Part shown: in pieces, positions 1 to 13,251 of the stretch
Numbering within the stretch: the stretch's first letter is position 1
Layout of the letters: each line of letters begins with the position of its first letter
Source of the DNA: Selaginella moellendorffii
Lineage: Eukaryota; Plantae; Lycopodiophyta
DNA length: 64,000 bases
Assembly: GCF_000143415.4 (NCBI RefSeq)
Contig: NW_003314360.1
Location: forward strand, 104,284-168,283
Direction of reading: 5' to 3'
Program-made: the position numbers and the translations under genes
Notes under the pieces: generated by a model
What the model was told of the DNA's origin: nothing
Databases searched by the model: none
The model's input: the letters and a program-made list of their open reading frames with translations, nothing else

Positions 1-2199
1 AATTGAGTAACGCAATGAGCAAGGCTTATGTCATTACTTCAAACGTTCATGTGAGTATCAAGTGTCAACTCGATTCGACAAAATGCAACATAAATGTCAC
101 ACCCCACTGATAGAGATTTACAACACTCAACACCACTAACTTTTGTTCACAACACGGACAAGCTCATGCCACTCTCTTTCTGACCAAACTCAAAACTAAA
201 CCAACACTAGGCTATTCAAGGAGCAATAGCAAGGTTCCCCGGAAAAGAATTGAGCATTGCAACCCAAGTCTCCCAATAGCAAGCCTAGACAAAATGGTAT
301 AGCACTTCATTACTATCCATCCCACAACTCACCATTTGTAAGACCATCATCTCCAATATGCATCAAGGTAGGGATTCTTGATTGCATAATGTGAACACAA
401 GCAATGAGTCACACCTCATTGCAAATCATCTCTCCAAGAAGAGAAAATGATTTACGTGTTTGATCCTTTGTCCCTGATGACTCTCTTTTCGGTCTCATCT
501 TTTTGACCAAACCTCAAGCTTGCATTCGCATTGCTTTCAGTTCAATCCAAGAAAAGTTTATGAGAGAGTACGGCAACAATTACTTGAAATCAATAGACTT
601 ATCCCTACAGTCTTGATTGATCCACTTGTAACTATGCCTAAGAAGGATCCACTAGTGCCGTGCTAAACAGCTACGGACCAGCCTATTTGCCACTCATAGC
701 AAACTCAGGGAAGGTTTACTTTCACCCACGGTACATGGAACAACTTATGGAACCACCGATAGGCTAACATTAATCCTGCCAACTCAAAGTGTAACCTCGA
801 GTTGCTAATGTGCCTCACTCACGAGCCCAAGCTCAAACTCTTGCAAAATGGTACACCTCCAATCCATCTTATGAGCCCAAGCTCAAGCTCACATTATAAG
901 GTACAACAAGGTAACAATATCCATACCCAAGGAATGAATGCGAAGTCTTTGCATCCAAGCGTGTACCCACTCAGATCATCATTTTCATCTCTGCGTATGC
1001 AACGAGACTAGTTGCCCAATCTCATTGGATAATACTCGCTGAGACTCATCCTCTGATACCAAATGTAGCGCATGTGGTTTTGACCCTTTATCCTATGGTG
1101 ATTTACCATAGGATAACACCACGAAGCGGAACCTAAACCCTCTTTGTGCCACGTGACAGATGCCACGTGTCACATGCCACGTGTCCATGCCATGTGTCCT
1201 TAGGAACCCAAGGTTCAGGGCCTTGGGCCACTGAACGAAGGAACAGTGCCAAACTCCCAAGCACGAAGCCAAGGAGTGATGGAACCGAGCCACGGAGCAA
1301 CTCCCGAGCATAAAGCCCAAGGAGCGAAGGGACAGGAGCCCGAAGCGACTTGGAACAGTCCTAGAGTAACCAGCATCCCAATGCTAGGACCAGCACGCAA
1401 AACGGAGCCAAACGGAGTCTGGCGCTATTTCGGCATACCGGTGGCCTAACGCGAGGATATGGGTACTCCACCAACTAGCATGGAATGGAACTTGGGCTTA
1501 GACCCAAGCCGGACGCAGAACAAGGACAGGCACGCAAGCGGGAGCTAGACTATGCCTCAGGTTGGTCGGCCATGCCCGACCTACCCACTATCCCTACTAT
1601 ATATTTGGAACCCCCCACAGCCCCCCCCCTTGAGGAACACACGCTTTGGGCTTTCACCCCAAGCCTCCCTTAGTATCAGGAGTTAATCTCTGGGACAAGT
1701 TCGAAACTTATTAAATATGGAATGTCCCTAGATTGTGAATTTGGACACGGGACGAACACCGTTGTGTTCAGGCCGATCTCTACATTCCGTAGATGTGCCA
1801 AATGAGCAAATCTGGACACTTTCTATAAATAGCATTTGGGACAAAAATGAGACTAACACAAAGGGCATGATAGCGAGGGTGTTTGGCAGACACGGTAAGC
1901 TATCATCTAGCGATATTGAGGGACTAGTCTCAATACGCGAGGGTTCTTATCAAGCCAATGCAAGACAGAGCAAAAGAGAACTAAAAAGCCAGGCCAAGTA
2001 TGCTTGGCTGAATAAACACTTAGGAATTCCGTCCTTATGCTCATCCGGCCAAGTACAGATGCAAAGTCCAGTTTACTAACACTTGAACAAGAGGGGCTAA
2101 TAGCAATACCGACCTCCTGCCATTGTGGCAGTAAGGTAAGAGTGTCCGTAAGGACTAGTTGACAGGTAACTTTCGATACCCAAAGTCACATTCGCGACA
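1..2199 (-). mobile_element. LTR retroelement family A: 5' LTR (1064-2199), tRNA-Met PBS and non-coding internal region running off the window start
   Basis: LTR is bounded by TG..CA (minus-strand start TGTCGCGAATGTGAC). CTCTGATACCA at 1051-1061 is the reverse complement of PBS TGGTATCAGAG. The LTR is closely similar to 10414-11559 and interrupts an RT frame (..YWVMPF|). Confidence 0.85.
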
Positions 2200-4400
2200 A
2201 AAAGGCATCACCCAATATGCATAGCATCCCCACTTTGTCACAAACATAGTCTTAAGTTGTTCCTCTTCAGCTATTTGAACTTGATTGTAGCTGCTGAAAC
2301 CATCAAGAAAAGAGTAGAGTCTATAGTTTGCAACTAAATCCAACACTGTGTCCGTAAATGGCAATAGAAAGCCATCCTTCCTTGTTGCATCATTCAACTT
2401 CCTATAAACTACACAAATTTGAAGCTGGCCATTCTTCTTCTTGATGACTACAATTGGAGAAAGCCACCCACAACTTCCACTTTAAAGATAAAACCAACTC
2501 ACAACTTCTCAATCTCGATAGTTAGACAACAACTTCACTAAACTCATCTACTTCTCGTTATCTAGTTGGGCACCAATCTTCACCACCCTAGATCTTCCTG
2601 GCATCCCCAGGTCCAAATTGATCAACTCGGGAGGCTTGATAAATCTCGACCTGTTTCCAACTTGTATTGCTGGCTCTTCATAGATTACAAAAGATTTTTT
2701 CACCACCTCTACTTGCAAAAAATGTTCTAGGTACTGCGATAGCTTAGCTTGGTCTGAAAGCTTTGGAACTTCAGCCTGTACCATACTACATACCACATCC
2801 CCTTTCCATAACCAATGCTTCAAATGATCACTGCTAAAATCATGCCCAAAAGGTGATAAGGCGATGTCAGCATAATTTGTCATCTTCTCTTTCTAGACTA
2901 GAGCTGCTTCTTCATCCTCTTCTAAGTCATCACTAGAACCTGAATTAGAGCAAGAATTCTCCTCTTCCTCACTGCCAGAAGTAGTATCACTGCTGTTATC
3001 ATCCATCTCAATTTCCACTGGCTGGTTCGACTTTGACATTTCTCAAATATTTTTTAAATATTGTGCTTGAAATTTCCACTTCTAATCCTCATCAAGCCTT
3101 TATGATAGTATTAAGCAGCATCAGCTTGCCCAACCAAGGTTGGCCTAGAAGCAATGGATAAGTTAATTTGCCAAGACTCATCCTAAGAACCACAAAAGCC
3201 ACATAAAAGTTCAGCCCTGCTACATCCATCTTCACACCTATAAGAACTCCTAGCAGCTTCACTTGACTCTAATCTATCATCCTAACATGGAAATTCACTA
3301 GTACAGGAACATCTAGAATAATATTTACTCCTCTCCCTCCATCCAACGAGTAATGCTTGATTCGTTTACCTGCTATCTCCACTTCAATCACCGGAGAAGA
3401 CATATTTGCTATGATTAGCCATGCTGAATTCACCACTACCTCTCTATGAGATCGCATTGTAGTAGAAACATTTCTTCGAAGCCTTGGAGCTAATTGAAGT
3501 AATTGAGCAAAAGTAATTGTTGGTTTTTGAGTGTCCAGGTCCTTCAAAATATCATAAGGAGCAACTTCTAGATTCAAGACTTGTCTATACCTCTGGCTCT
3601 TCCCTGCTCTGAGTGGCTTCTTACTCCCTCTAAACTGATCAAAGAGCTAACTCACCTGCATTGGAGAAGGAACACTTACATTCTTGAGTATTGCCGCTGA
3701 ATTTGGAGCGCACACTCCCTAGCCTCACACCTTCTGCCTTCTTGTGATGTGCTCAGGATCACTCTCCTCTTCAGGATCTGCAAAAACCTCCTTGTTTTGA
3801 TCATGCCACTGGTTGTGAGTCTACACCATCTAGGTAGGCACATTTTTCTTTCCACAACCATGACCTGTGCGTAGCTTATAATGAGTCCGGTCTAGATCTG
3901 CTTCTTGAACAAATACAGCTTGCGAATCGACTACTTGCTTGCCACAGTCCTACTTCAACTTGTGGGGACACTGATCTTGAGGATGGAGGCTTTGAGTTCC
4001 ACACACTCCACACATTGGCTGGTAATCTTCTGGCTTCCTTACATATGGACAATCTGCTTGAATATGACCAAACTCCCAACATCTATAGCATTGAGGACCT
4101 CTGCCATGGCCTCTTCCACATCCCATCCCTTACTGCTGTTGCACTCCAACTGCTACAATATATGCTGGAACACTTGTAGATGCATACTATTGCATCATAT
4201 TCTCTTGGTATGGAACTTGCAGCCAATATGGTGATGGAGTTTGCATTTGAACATGATAACTTGGAACCATAGGTACTTGCGATTGTGGAAAACTTGTTGG
4301 TGGAGGCACATGTTGCATATAAAGCTGCTTCTGCTGCTAATAGATAGGTACTACTTGTGCTTGTGCTCTCATAGGATGATAAAAACAATTTTCTTTTTTG
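2200..4400 (-). pseudogene. Decayed Ty3/Gypsy gag-protease-RT (non-chromovirus, Tat/Athila-like)
   Basis: RT motif LNDATRKDGFLLPFTD..YSFLDGFSSYNQVQI..KT.FVTKWG..AYWVMPF; protease-like LDGGRGVNII; many stops and frameshifts. Confidence 0.8.
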
Positions 4401-4439
4401 AATGGTATTTATTGGTATGTATATTAAGTTAAACTCTAG

Positions 4440-5726
4440 TTTTTAATATGACATTGACAATATACAGATTTTCCGATGCATGGTTAGACTGACTAGCTTC
4501 GGCACTTCGTGTGCACGGTGAAATCTCTAGTCATGGGGTAGCTACTATCGACTGGTCACATCACTCGCCTCTTTGTCGATATTCCTTATTCTGTTAAAAG
4601 GGCATGACCATGTAAACAACTCTAACTACCTATTTATAGTAGTCTATTTAAACCTTATCGACAGGTTTGGTTTCTTTGCTCAGGAAAGTTGGGGCCTCTA
4701 ACCTCTCTCTCTATGTCCTTGTAGGCAGGGGCGTATCATGCTTTTGTAAGTTGGGTGACACCCAGAGCAGCAAGGGTGGCTGACTCCGTTGATCATTTCC
4801 TTGTTGGTGATGGTTGAAAGGTGTCTGAGTTGGTAGCGCATCCGCGTTAGATAAGAGGTTACCCTAACTCATTTAAGTTGGTGCATTTCTCACATAGTCT
4901 GAATACCGTGAACTTTTTCTAGAGTTCTTTCCTTGGCGGTGTTCTAGATTGGAGTGTGCATCGATGAGGACGTCAATCTTCCCTAGGGGGGAGAATGTCG
5001 CGAATGTGACTTCAGGTATCGAAAGTTACCTGTCGGCCAGTCCTTACGGACACTCTTTTCTTATTGCCACACTTGAATAAGAGGGGCTGATAAAGGGTCT
5101 AGCAATTCCGCCCTCCTGCCGTCGTGGTCGGTATTGCTAGACCCTTTATCAGCCCCTCTTATTCAAGTGTTCCACGTGTCTCAGCCGTAGGGTGATCTCA
5201 GATGTACTACATTCTCACAAAGACAGCCATCAACACTGGCTGGATGAGCATAAGGACAGAATTCCTAAGTGTCTATTCAGCCAAGCATACTTGGCCCGGC
5301 TTTTTAGTTCTCTTTTACGCTGTCTTGCACTGGCTTGACAAGAATTTTCGCGTATTGAGACTAGTCCCTTAATAACATTAGATGATCATTTTGCATGTTG
5401 GTCCTGGCATTGGGATGCTGGTTGCTCTAGGACTGTTCCAAGTCGCTCTGGGCTCCTGTCCCTTCGCTCCTTGGGCTGTATGCTCGGGAGTTGCTCCATG
5501 GTTCGGTTCCATCACTCCTTGGCTCCATGCTTGGGAATTTGGCACCGTTCCTTCGTCCAGTGGCCCAAGGCCTTGAAACTCGGGTTCTACATCACGTTCC
5601 TTTGGACACGTGGCATGTGACACATGGCATCTATCATGTGGCATAAAGAGGGTTTAGGTTCCGCTTCGTGGGGTTATCCTATGGTAAATCACTATAAGAT
5701 AAAGGGTAAAAACCACATGTGCTACA
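4440..5726 (+). mobile_element. Family A 3' end: internal fragment, PPT and internally deleted, rearranged LTR (4996-5726)
   Basis: PPT AGGGGGGAGAA is followed by TGTCGCGAATGTGAC...GTGCTACA. Reverse-complement similarity to 1064-2199 but about 400 bp shorter. The 5' boundary of the internal part is approximate. Confidence 0.75.
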
Positions 5727-8128
5727 GACACAAATCCTTAAACCTCAAATTGGAGCAAGACCTTCTTATCTATGGGTTTGTCCCTTTTTGCTTGACTCCT
5801 CTATGTATTTGTTAACTAGCCATTGGATCTACCTTACTAAAACCATGAGGACTCATTCTTAGAAAAACTATTCTTGCCTTCTTGGTTTGGCTCCTTTGCT
5901 AAATATGGATCCCAACCTGTTGTGTTCCCCTTTCATACGTTATCATTGAAATGCACCTTAATGCCAATTATCCATCTAAAATGTCCAATTGAGCCTTGGA
6001 CGACCAAACCTCACCACCAAACTCCTATTTGGAAGTTTCCTCATTGAAGTCCTCCTCATGCAAGGATTTCTTATCCATAGCTTCTTGTTTGACTGGAGGC
6101 TCTAGCTCTAAAGGAGGTTCTATCTCCACCTTTGTTCTTTTATGCCCTGCTTTTGCCATGTCTCAGCAATCTACATTTATCCTTTGCTAAAACTGAGGAA
6201 AAGACTTTGATACCAAATTGTAAGCCATAAATTTTTCCTTTCCAATTTACTAGTTTACCTCGTCTATCTGACCACCACTGCCTTGGCCTTAATTAAGTTC
6301 CCTCACCAAGATTCTTACTTATTACACCAGCTTCTACTTGGTCCTACTTAGTTTTAGCAACTCATTACATAAGCAATACAACATTAATCCTCCATTCATG
6401 GATTTCCAAACTCTCTCTCAATCCCTTTCCCCAAGTTAAATTAGACTTAAGGTTTGGCTACACTCCCCATTGGCATAAGCTGCCAAGCACACTAAACCTT
6501 TAGGTTCTTAACATCCCTTGGTACAACAAGGCTTGATCATGGGACCCTCTAAATCCCAAGCCTTGGGTGCAACACTTGCTTCGAGGCCTAGGGGAAAACA
6601 CTGTGGCTTAACGACCCGGTATAGGTACCTTTACTCCCCCACTTCTATCTTGAAGGGAAGGCCCAAGCCCCTAGGAAGGGGCGAGGACCAATGAGCCAAA
6701 AGGTACTCAAGTGGGGCACCACTCCACATGAGCCGGGAGCACTATAGTTGATTTCCTTTTTGGGAGTGGGAGTTGTTCTTGAGCACTTCCTTGGGTGGCC
6801 CCTTTGGCACCACCTGAGTCTATGCTCACTCCCACCCAAGGCCCCTAACCCCTAGTCTCAACCTCAAGTTACTTTGGAAGCACCACTGTAGAGTTCCCTC
6901 AAGACTGGTTCCTAAACCTCACTATCCCCACTATACTTTTGGAACCGGTTTTGGACTCAAGATGGACCTGAGATGGAGTCCGAGATGGAGTTTGAGATGA
7001 ACTTGAGATGGACCCAAGATGAAATCCGAGATGGAGTCCGAGATGGAGTCTGAGATGGACCTAAGATGGAACCGAGATTGAGACCAAGACCGAGACCGAG
7101 ACTGAGTTCGAGTCCAAAATTGAGACCGAGACCGAGACCAAGTCTGAGTCCGAGTCCAAGTCCAAGTCCAAGTCTGAATACTAATACAAGCTGTTGGGTG
7201 AAAGCCCAAAGTGATCATCCCCCATGGGGGGACTACAAGGGGTTCCAAAAGTATAGTAGGAAGAGTGTGGGGGTTGAATCCTAGTGGAGCTAGTTTGGCC
7301 AGGAAATGTTACTTTAGCCCAGGAAGGCTATACCCAGGAGTTGAGTGATGAGATAACCACTGGGAAGTCCAAGGTTAAAGTGAATATGGACCGACAAGCG
7401 GGGTAGCTTAGTGAAGTGTTCAAGAGCTAGCTCTAGTTCCCTTGGGAGATCGAATGGCCAGTCCAAGCATGGGTGGCACTACCTACTTGGATACTTGGCA
7501 TGGCTCAACGAAACTTCACTATAAACCCATGGCTAGAGCACCTAAAGGTGGAAGGTGGGGAGAGTACCCATAAGGCTCGTGTAGGGCCACGGTATTCCGA
7601 AATGTTGTCCCAAAGTCCCAAACTATGGAAAGGAAGAATAATAGTCATCTGGTGTGGTGACCAAGGATACAATCACATGGTGAGGAAGTCCCAGAGGACA
7701 ATGAGACTTGGTGGTCAGGCCTGTGGACCTTGATCCATTGGAAATGTTGGTGAACACAGCCATGGACAAAAAGGGACTTGGTGGGGACCGAAAAGGGATA
7801 TTGGGGAAGGTTATTCCCCATATTTGAGGGCATTCTAAGGATGCTAAGGAGTGGATTTAGGATGATTACTCATGGATGAATGGTTTAGACTTTGAAAGAC
7901 GAGACTATGATGTAGGTGATGTTGGATCACTGGTATGACAAAGGTGAATAGGCATGGCCTTAGCGTAACAGGCTGATATATCAATGGTACCTTTGGGTGT
8001 CAGTCATGGGATCGGACATGTAGGGCACTTGGACCAAGTGCAAAGGTTAAGTGGTATGGATGCCATTCTCAGGACTAATAAGCCCCAAGTCTTGAATGGG
8101 ATTTATGGAGATTGTGAATGTGACTCCT
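5727..8128 (-). mobile_element. LTR retroelement family B: LTR (about 6219-8128), tRNA-Met PBS and short internal remnant
   Basis: CTTTGATACCA at 6205-6215 is the reverse complement of a PBS. Ends are TGTAAG..CTTACA. 6219-6946 is reverse-complement similar to about 42310-42870. Confidence 0.7.
6950..7175. repeat. Minisatellite (GAGATGGAGTCC / GAGATGGACCY units grading into GAGACC/GAGTCC hexamers) inside the family B LTR
   Basis: Tandem 11/12-bp and 6-bp units are directly visible. Confidence 0.85.
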
Positions 8129-8534
8129 CTAAGTGGTTGGAGGTGTGGTTAAGTGATTAAAGTAGAATGAAAAAATTAGTCACTTACATTCATGTGAAGT
8201 ACGAAATCCTTAATGAGATTGATGAAATCCTTAACCTCTTTAATGTTTGCCACATAACAACATCATGATTTTTCCTCTTTGTTATAGTTATCATCACTAA
8301 TACCATATTCCTCATTAGGATTTATATTGTATTCCTTCGCCATCCCCAAAAGAATGTATTGCTCTAATACTAATGAAATAAACAAAGAGTAAACCCTAAG
8401 TCAATCTGATACTAATGAAGCAAACAAGGAACCAACCTTAGGCCAACCTCCCAATCCTCAAGGCATTCCAGATAAGCCATAAAATATTCTTAGAATATTC
8501 CTATAGTTCAGAAGCCATTGCAGGATAGAGGCAG

Positions 8535-8990
8535 AAGGTTTCCTTGATCATTGCTTGCACATATTGAAGCTTCCTTGATCACTGCTTGCATGTACTGGAG
8601 CTGTGCAATGTTGGCTTCTCCAACTAGGCAAGAATTCACCATCTCCTCTTTGAGCTTTTCCTAGCATCTTTGGGTGGTGAAGAAGCTCTAGGATTGACCA
8701 CTTGATCACAACTACACTTGTGTCTGTTCCACCAGATATAAGCTCCTAGTATACTCAAGGATATAGTTAAGAGACATCAAATCATGAGAGGAAGAACTTA
8801 CCATCTTGACACTGTCCTTGCAATATGGTTCACCTCAGGAAGTTTGTCCCATCGTGGCTCAAAGGCATCGACTGGAAGATCCCACGGCTCAAGAAGTTGT
8901 AGGCAAAGATTGATAGTTTCTTGCAAAAGATAGTCGATGAGCACAAGCTTGGTGTCAATAGCAGCAAAGAGGACTTCATGCACATCATTA
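8535..8990 (-). pseudogene. Cytochrome P450 (CYP71 clan) fragment with intron and an inverted segment
   Basis: Minus strand reads ELISGGTDTSVVVIKWSILELLHHPKML..YMQAVIKEA (I- and K-helix) after a GTAAG..TAG intron; homologous to 62910-63360. Confidence 0.8.
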
Positions 8991-10413
8991 TGAGGCACCA
9001 GCTTTGACCACATGGTCAACATCGGTCAAAGGGAGGCTCAAAGGTATAGTAAGGCATGTTAGGGTAAGGGACTTAACCTACCCTAGGGCTCATAGTGAAG
9101 CAGCAGCGTAATGGAGTTTTTGAGGTAGTTCGGGGGTGGTTGGGTGGTGAAGAACCTCAAGAAGAGGCATACTGTACTCTAGGAAGACTAAATCTTTGTC
9201 TTTTTATGCTAGATCATAACATTGGTATCAGAGACAGGTTGGTTGCAATGGCTGACCAAGTTGAATGCTAGAATCCTATTGTCAATGGTGGTGCCAAAGA
9301 TGGTGCCGATGGAGCTGCGGAGGTTTGGACCATTCAAGATGTTGTTCATGAGCTGCGAGCCCTTAATTGAAATCAGCAAGAGATGTAAGATGAGATACAT
9401 GGCATGATGGATACCATGCGTGAGCGTGTTAAGGCACTCGAGGCTAGATGTGGTAGTGCTCCAAGTAAGCCTTCCTTGGTAGATTGACTCAAGATTCCAA
9501 CCTTTTCTAGTGATGGTGGTGTAGACGAGTGTCTCACTTGGCTAGCCAATGTGAAGAAGTTCTTGGCTACTAGGGGAACTCTAGATGCAGAGGCTTTAGT
9601 GGCTATTCTAATGGTTTTGCGTGATGCAAGTTTTCGGTGGTCAAATTGGCTTGAGGAGTCTTGTGTTGTGGATAAGAAACCACAAGTGTCTACCATAGAT
9701 GAGTTTGAGGCTGTTTTCTGTTTATGTTTTTCCCCTTGCTACAATATGGAAAATGCTTATACCGAACTTTGACATTTTCAACAAGGGAAAATGACACTTG
9801 GGGATTATATTGAGATGCTTACTTGCTTGATTAACTGTGTTCTAATGAAAGATCCAGATCAGTACAAGTCCTACTTCATTTATGACCTTCATAGTGAGAG
9901 CATGCGGCAACACTTGCGTCATTCTCAGCCTACCAAGAGTTTGGAGGAACTCTTTGATGCGGCTTGTTGACTTGACAATGACAAGCACATGTCTTACAAG
10001 CATTCGTGGAGTCCTTCTATCAAGAATCATTGTAATGATCACCGTGGACACAAGGATGGGAACAAGCACCACAAGTTGAAGTTTATGGTGATTACTTTAT
10101 ATGCAAAGGGGTCAAAGAAGCAAAAGTTCTTTGTGAAGAATTATAGACAAAGTTGTTATCATTGCAGCAAACTTGGACACTACAAGTCTGATTGTCCATA
10201 GCTGAAGAACAAGTAGCAACACACAAAGAATGGCTAATCTTTTACCGATGGTAAGTCAGATATTAAAAAGTTGCAAACTTTGCAATATGAGGATGATGGG
10301 GATGACCATTCCAGTTGGAGGAAGAGGCTTTTGATCGTTGCATGTCAACTCAACTATGTGAGGAAAGAGATGGAGCTTGAGGATACTTGTGAATGAACTT
10401 TAATATTGGAGGG

Positions 10414-11559
10414 TGTAGCGCACGTGGTTTTGACCCTTTATCCTATGGTGATTTACCATAGGATAACACCACGAAGCGGAACCTAAACCCTCTTTGTGCC
10501 ACGTGACAGATGCCACGTGTCACATACCACGTGTCCGTGCCACGTGTCCATAGGAACCCGAGGTTCAGGGCCTTGGGCCACTGAACAAAGGAACGGTGCC
10601 AAACTCCCAAGCGTGATGCCAAGGAGTGATGGAACCGGACCACGGAGCAACTCCCGAGCATATAGCCCAAGGAGCGAAGGGATAGGAGCCCGGAGCGACT
10701 TGGAACAGTCCTGGAGCAACCAGCATACCAATGCCAGGACCAGCACGCAAAACGGAGCCAAACGGAGTCTGGCGCTATTTCGGCATACCGGTGGCCTAAC
10801 GCGAGGATATGGGTACTCCACCAACTAGCATGGAATGGAACTTGGGCTTAGACCCAAGCCGGACACAGAACAAGGACAGGCACGCAAGCGGGAGCTAGAC
10901 TATGCCTCAGGTTGGTCGGCCATGCCCGACCTACCCACTATCCCTACTATACATTTGGAACCCCCCATAGCCCCCCCCCCTTGAGGAACACACGCTTTGG
11001 GCTTTCACCCCAAGCCTCCCTTAGTATCAGGAGTTAGTCTCTGGGACAAGCTCGAAACTTACTAAATATGGAATGTCCCTAGATTGTGAATTTGGACACG
11101 GGACGAACACCATTGTGTTCAGGCTGATCTCTACATTCCGTAGATATGCCAAATGAGCAAATCTGGACACTTTCCATAAATAGCATTTGGGACCGAAATG
11201 AGACTAACACAAAGGGCATGATAGCGAGGGTGTTTGGCAGACACGGTAAGCTATCACGTAGCGATATTGAGGGACTAATCTCAATACGCGAGGGTTCTTG
11301 TCACTAGCAAGTGCAAGACAAAACGAGACGGGAACTCCTTACCGGGCTAAGTATGCTTAGCTAATAACACGTAGGAATTCCGTCCTTATGCTCGTCCGGT
11401 CTAAGTACACTCGAAATGCCCAGTTAACTCCACTAGCACAAGAGGGACTAATAAAGGGTCCAGCAATACCGACCTCCTGCCATCGTGGCAGTAAGGTAAG
11501 AGTGTCCGTAAGGACTGGTCGACAGGTAACTTTCGATACCCGAAGTCACATGCGCGACA
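10414..11559 (-). mobile_element. Solo LTR of family A with 5-bp TSD GAGGG
   Basis: TGTAGCG...CGCGACA is flanked by GAGGG at 10409-10413 and 11560-11564, with no adjacent PBS or PPT. Confidence 0.92.
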
Positions 11560-13251
11560 GAGGGCGTGTTTTGTGGCAGTCCAAGGTAGATTTCACTAGA
11601 TAGTGGGAGCGATGACAACTTTGTTTCAGCAAAGTTTATTGCAGAGTATGGCCTAGTCACACAAAGAGTTCTTCCATACATGGTGGAAGGTGCAACTACT
11701 TCTACTCAACATTTCGATGCTTCTGTAGAGAGGTTGGAAGTGTTGGTTAGCAAAACCACACTTGTGAAGACTTTTTATCTTGCGGATATCTATCATGTGG
11801 ATTTCATTCTTGGGATGCCATGGTTGGTGAAGGTGGATCTGGAGATAAAGTGGAGTATTAAATGTGTCTTGGTGGAATATAGTGGCGTTAAAGATGTGTG
11901 GTTTGGAGAGGGAGTTCAACCTCCAGTTGTCATGCTCTCCACTACATCTTTGAAGCAGACTTGTCGTAATAGAAAAGCACTTTCAAGTTACTTGCTATTT
12001 GTTTGTGACTTGAGGGACCAAGGCACGTGTGGGGGAGAAGCAACAGTACAGGATGTACTTGATAAGTTTTCTAATGTTTTTCCATCTGAACTTCCTCATG
12101 GGTTGCCTCTATTATGAGGTGTAAAGTATGGGATTATGTTGGAGCTGGCAATGCAACCAATTTACCGGCGTCCATTTCGGTTAAGTTATGTAGAGGAGCA
12201 AGAAGTTCGACAAGTCAAGGAGTTACTTGAGTTTGGATTTATTCAGCCAAGTAAGTCCCCGTTTAGTGCTCTGGTCTTGCTTGTGAAGAAGAAAGACGGT
12301 TCAATGCAGATGTGTATTGACTACTGTGATTTGAACAAAAAGACAATAAAGGATAAGATACTGATGCTATGTGTGGATGATATTTTAGACAAGTTTGGTG
12401 AAGCACGAGTGTTTACCAAAATTGATCTGAGGAGTGGATGTCATCATATTGTAATGGAAGATGCATCTATCTCCAAGACGGCATTCAACACAATCTTTGG
12501 ACATTCTGAATTTATAGTTATGCCTTTTAGTTTGATGAATGCACCAACCACATTTACTTGGTTGATAATGAATGTATTTGGGTGTTATCTTCATGAGTTT
12601 ATGAAGATTTTCTTGGATGATATTCTTGTTTTCAGCAAGAATATGGAGCATAAGGTGCATTTGTACAAGGTTCTTTTGTTACTCCGTGACAATAAACTTT
12701 ATGTGAAAAAAGAGAAAATGTGAGTTTGCAAAGTCGGAGGTGGAATATCTACACCATATTGTACATCTAAGGGTGTCAAAACAGATCCAAGGAAGGTGGT
12801 TATGGTGGAGAACTAGCTTAAAGCTCTATTTCGTTAAAGTGGGAATTGTCATTATCCCACTTGTAAAATAAGGTTTCCAAACCTTTATATAGTATATAAA
12901 TATAACAAAATTCAACTGCATTGAGGCACATGCCATTTTATTTTAAACAAGGAAATGTCTACTCAATCACTTCTCACTGCTTCACCTCTCTCTTCTCCTT
13001 GTCATTATCGTCCAATTTCTTTCCATCCTTTTAATATTGGCTCAGTTGCTCCGAGTCTAGGTGGAGCCCAAGTCCCCATTCAATCTTTACTTTCCCCTTA
13101 TTAATAAAACAACTTCGTAGACTTCCAATAACATGCTGTAACACTTCTAGTATAATGCAAATCCTCTCAAAGAATTGTCTTTTAATATTAATACAATGGC
13201 ATGGAACCCCATGCCATAATAAGTTACATTTTTAAATAAATACATGCCATC

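Noticed and set aside
1093-2079. Short ORFs repeated at 5378-5815 and 10443-11681
   Set aside because: All lie within family A LTRs and show no recognisable domain.
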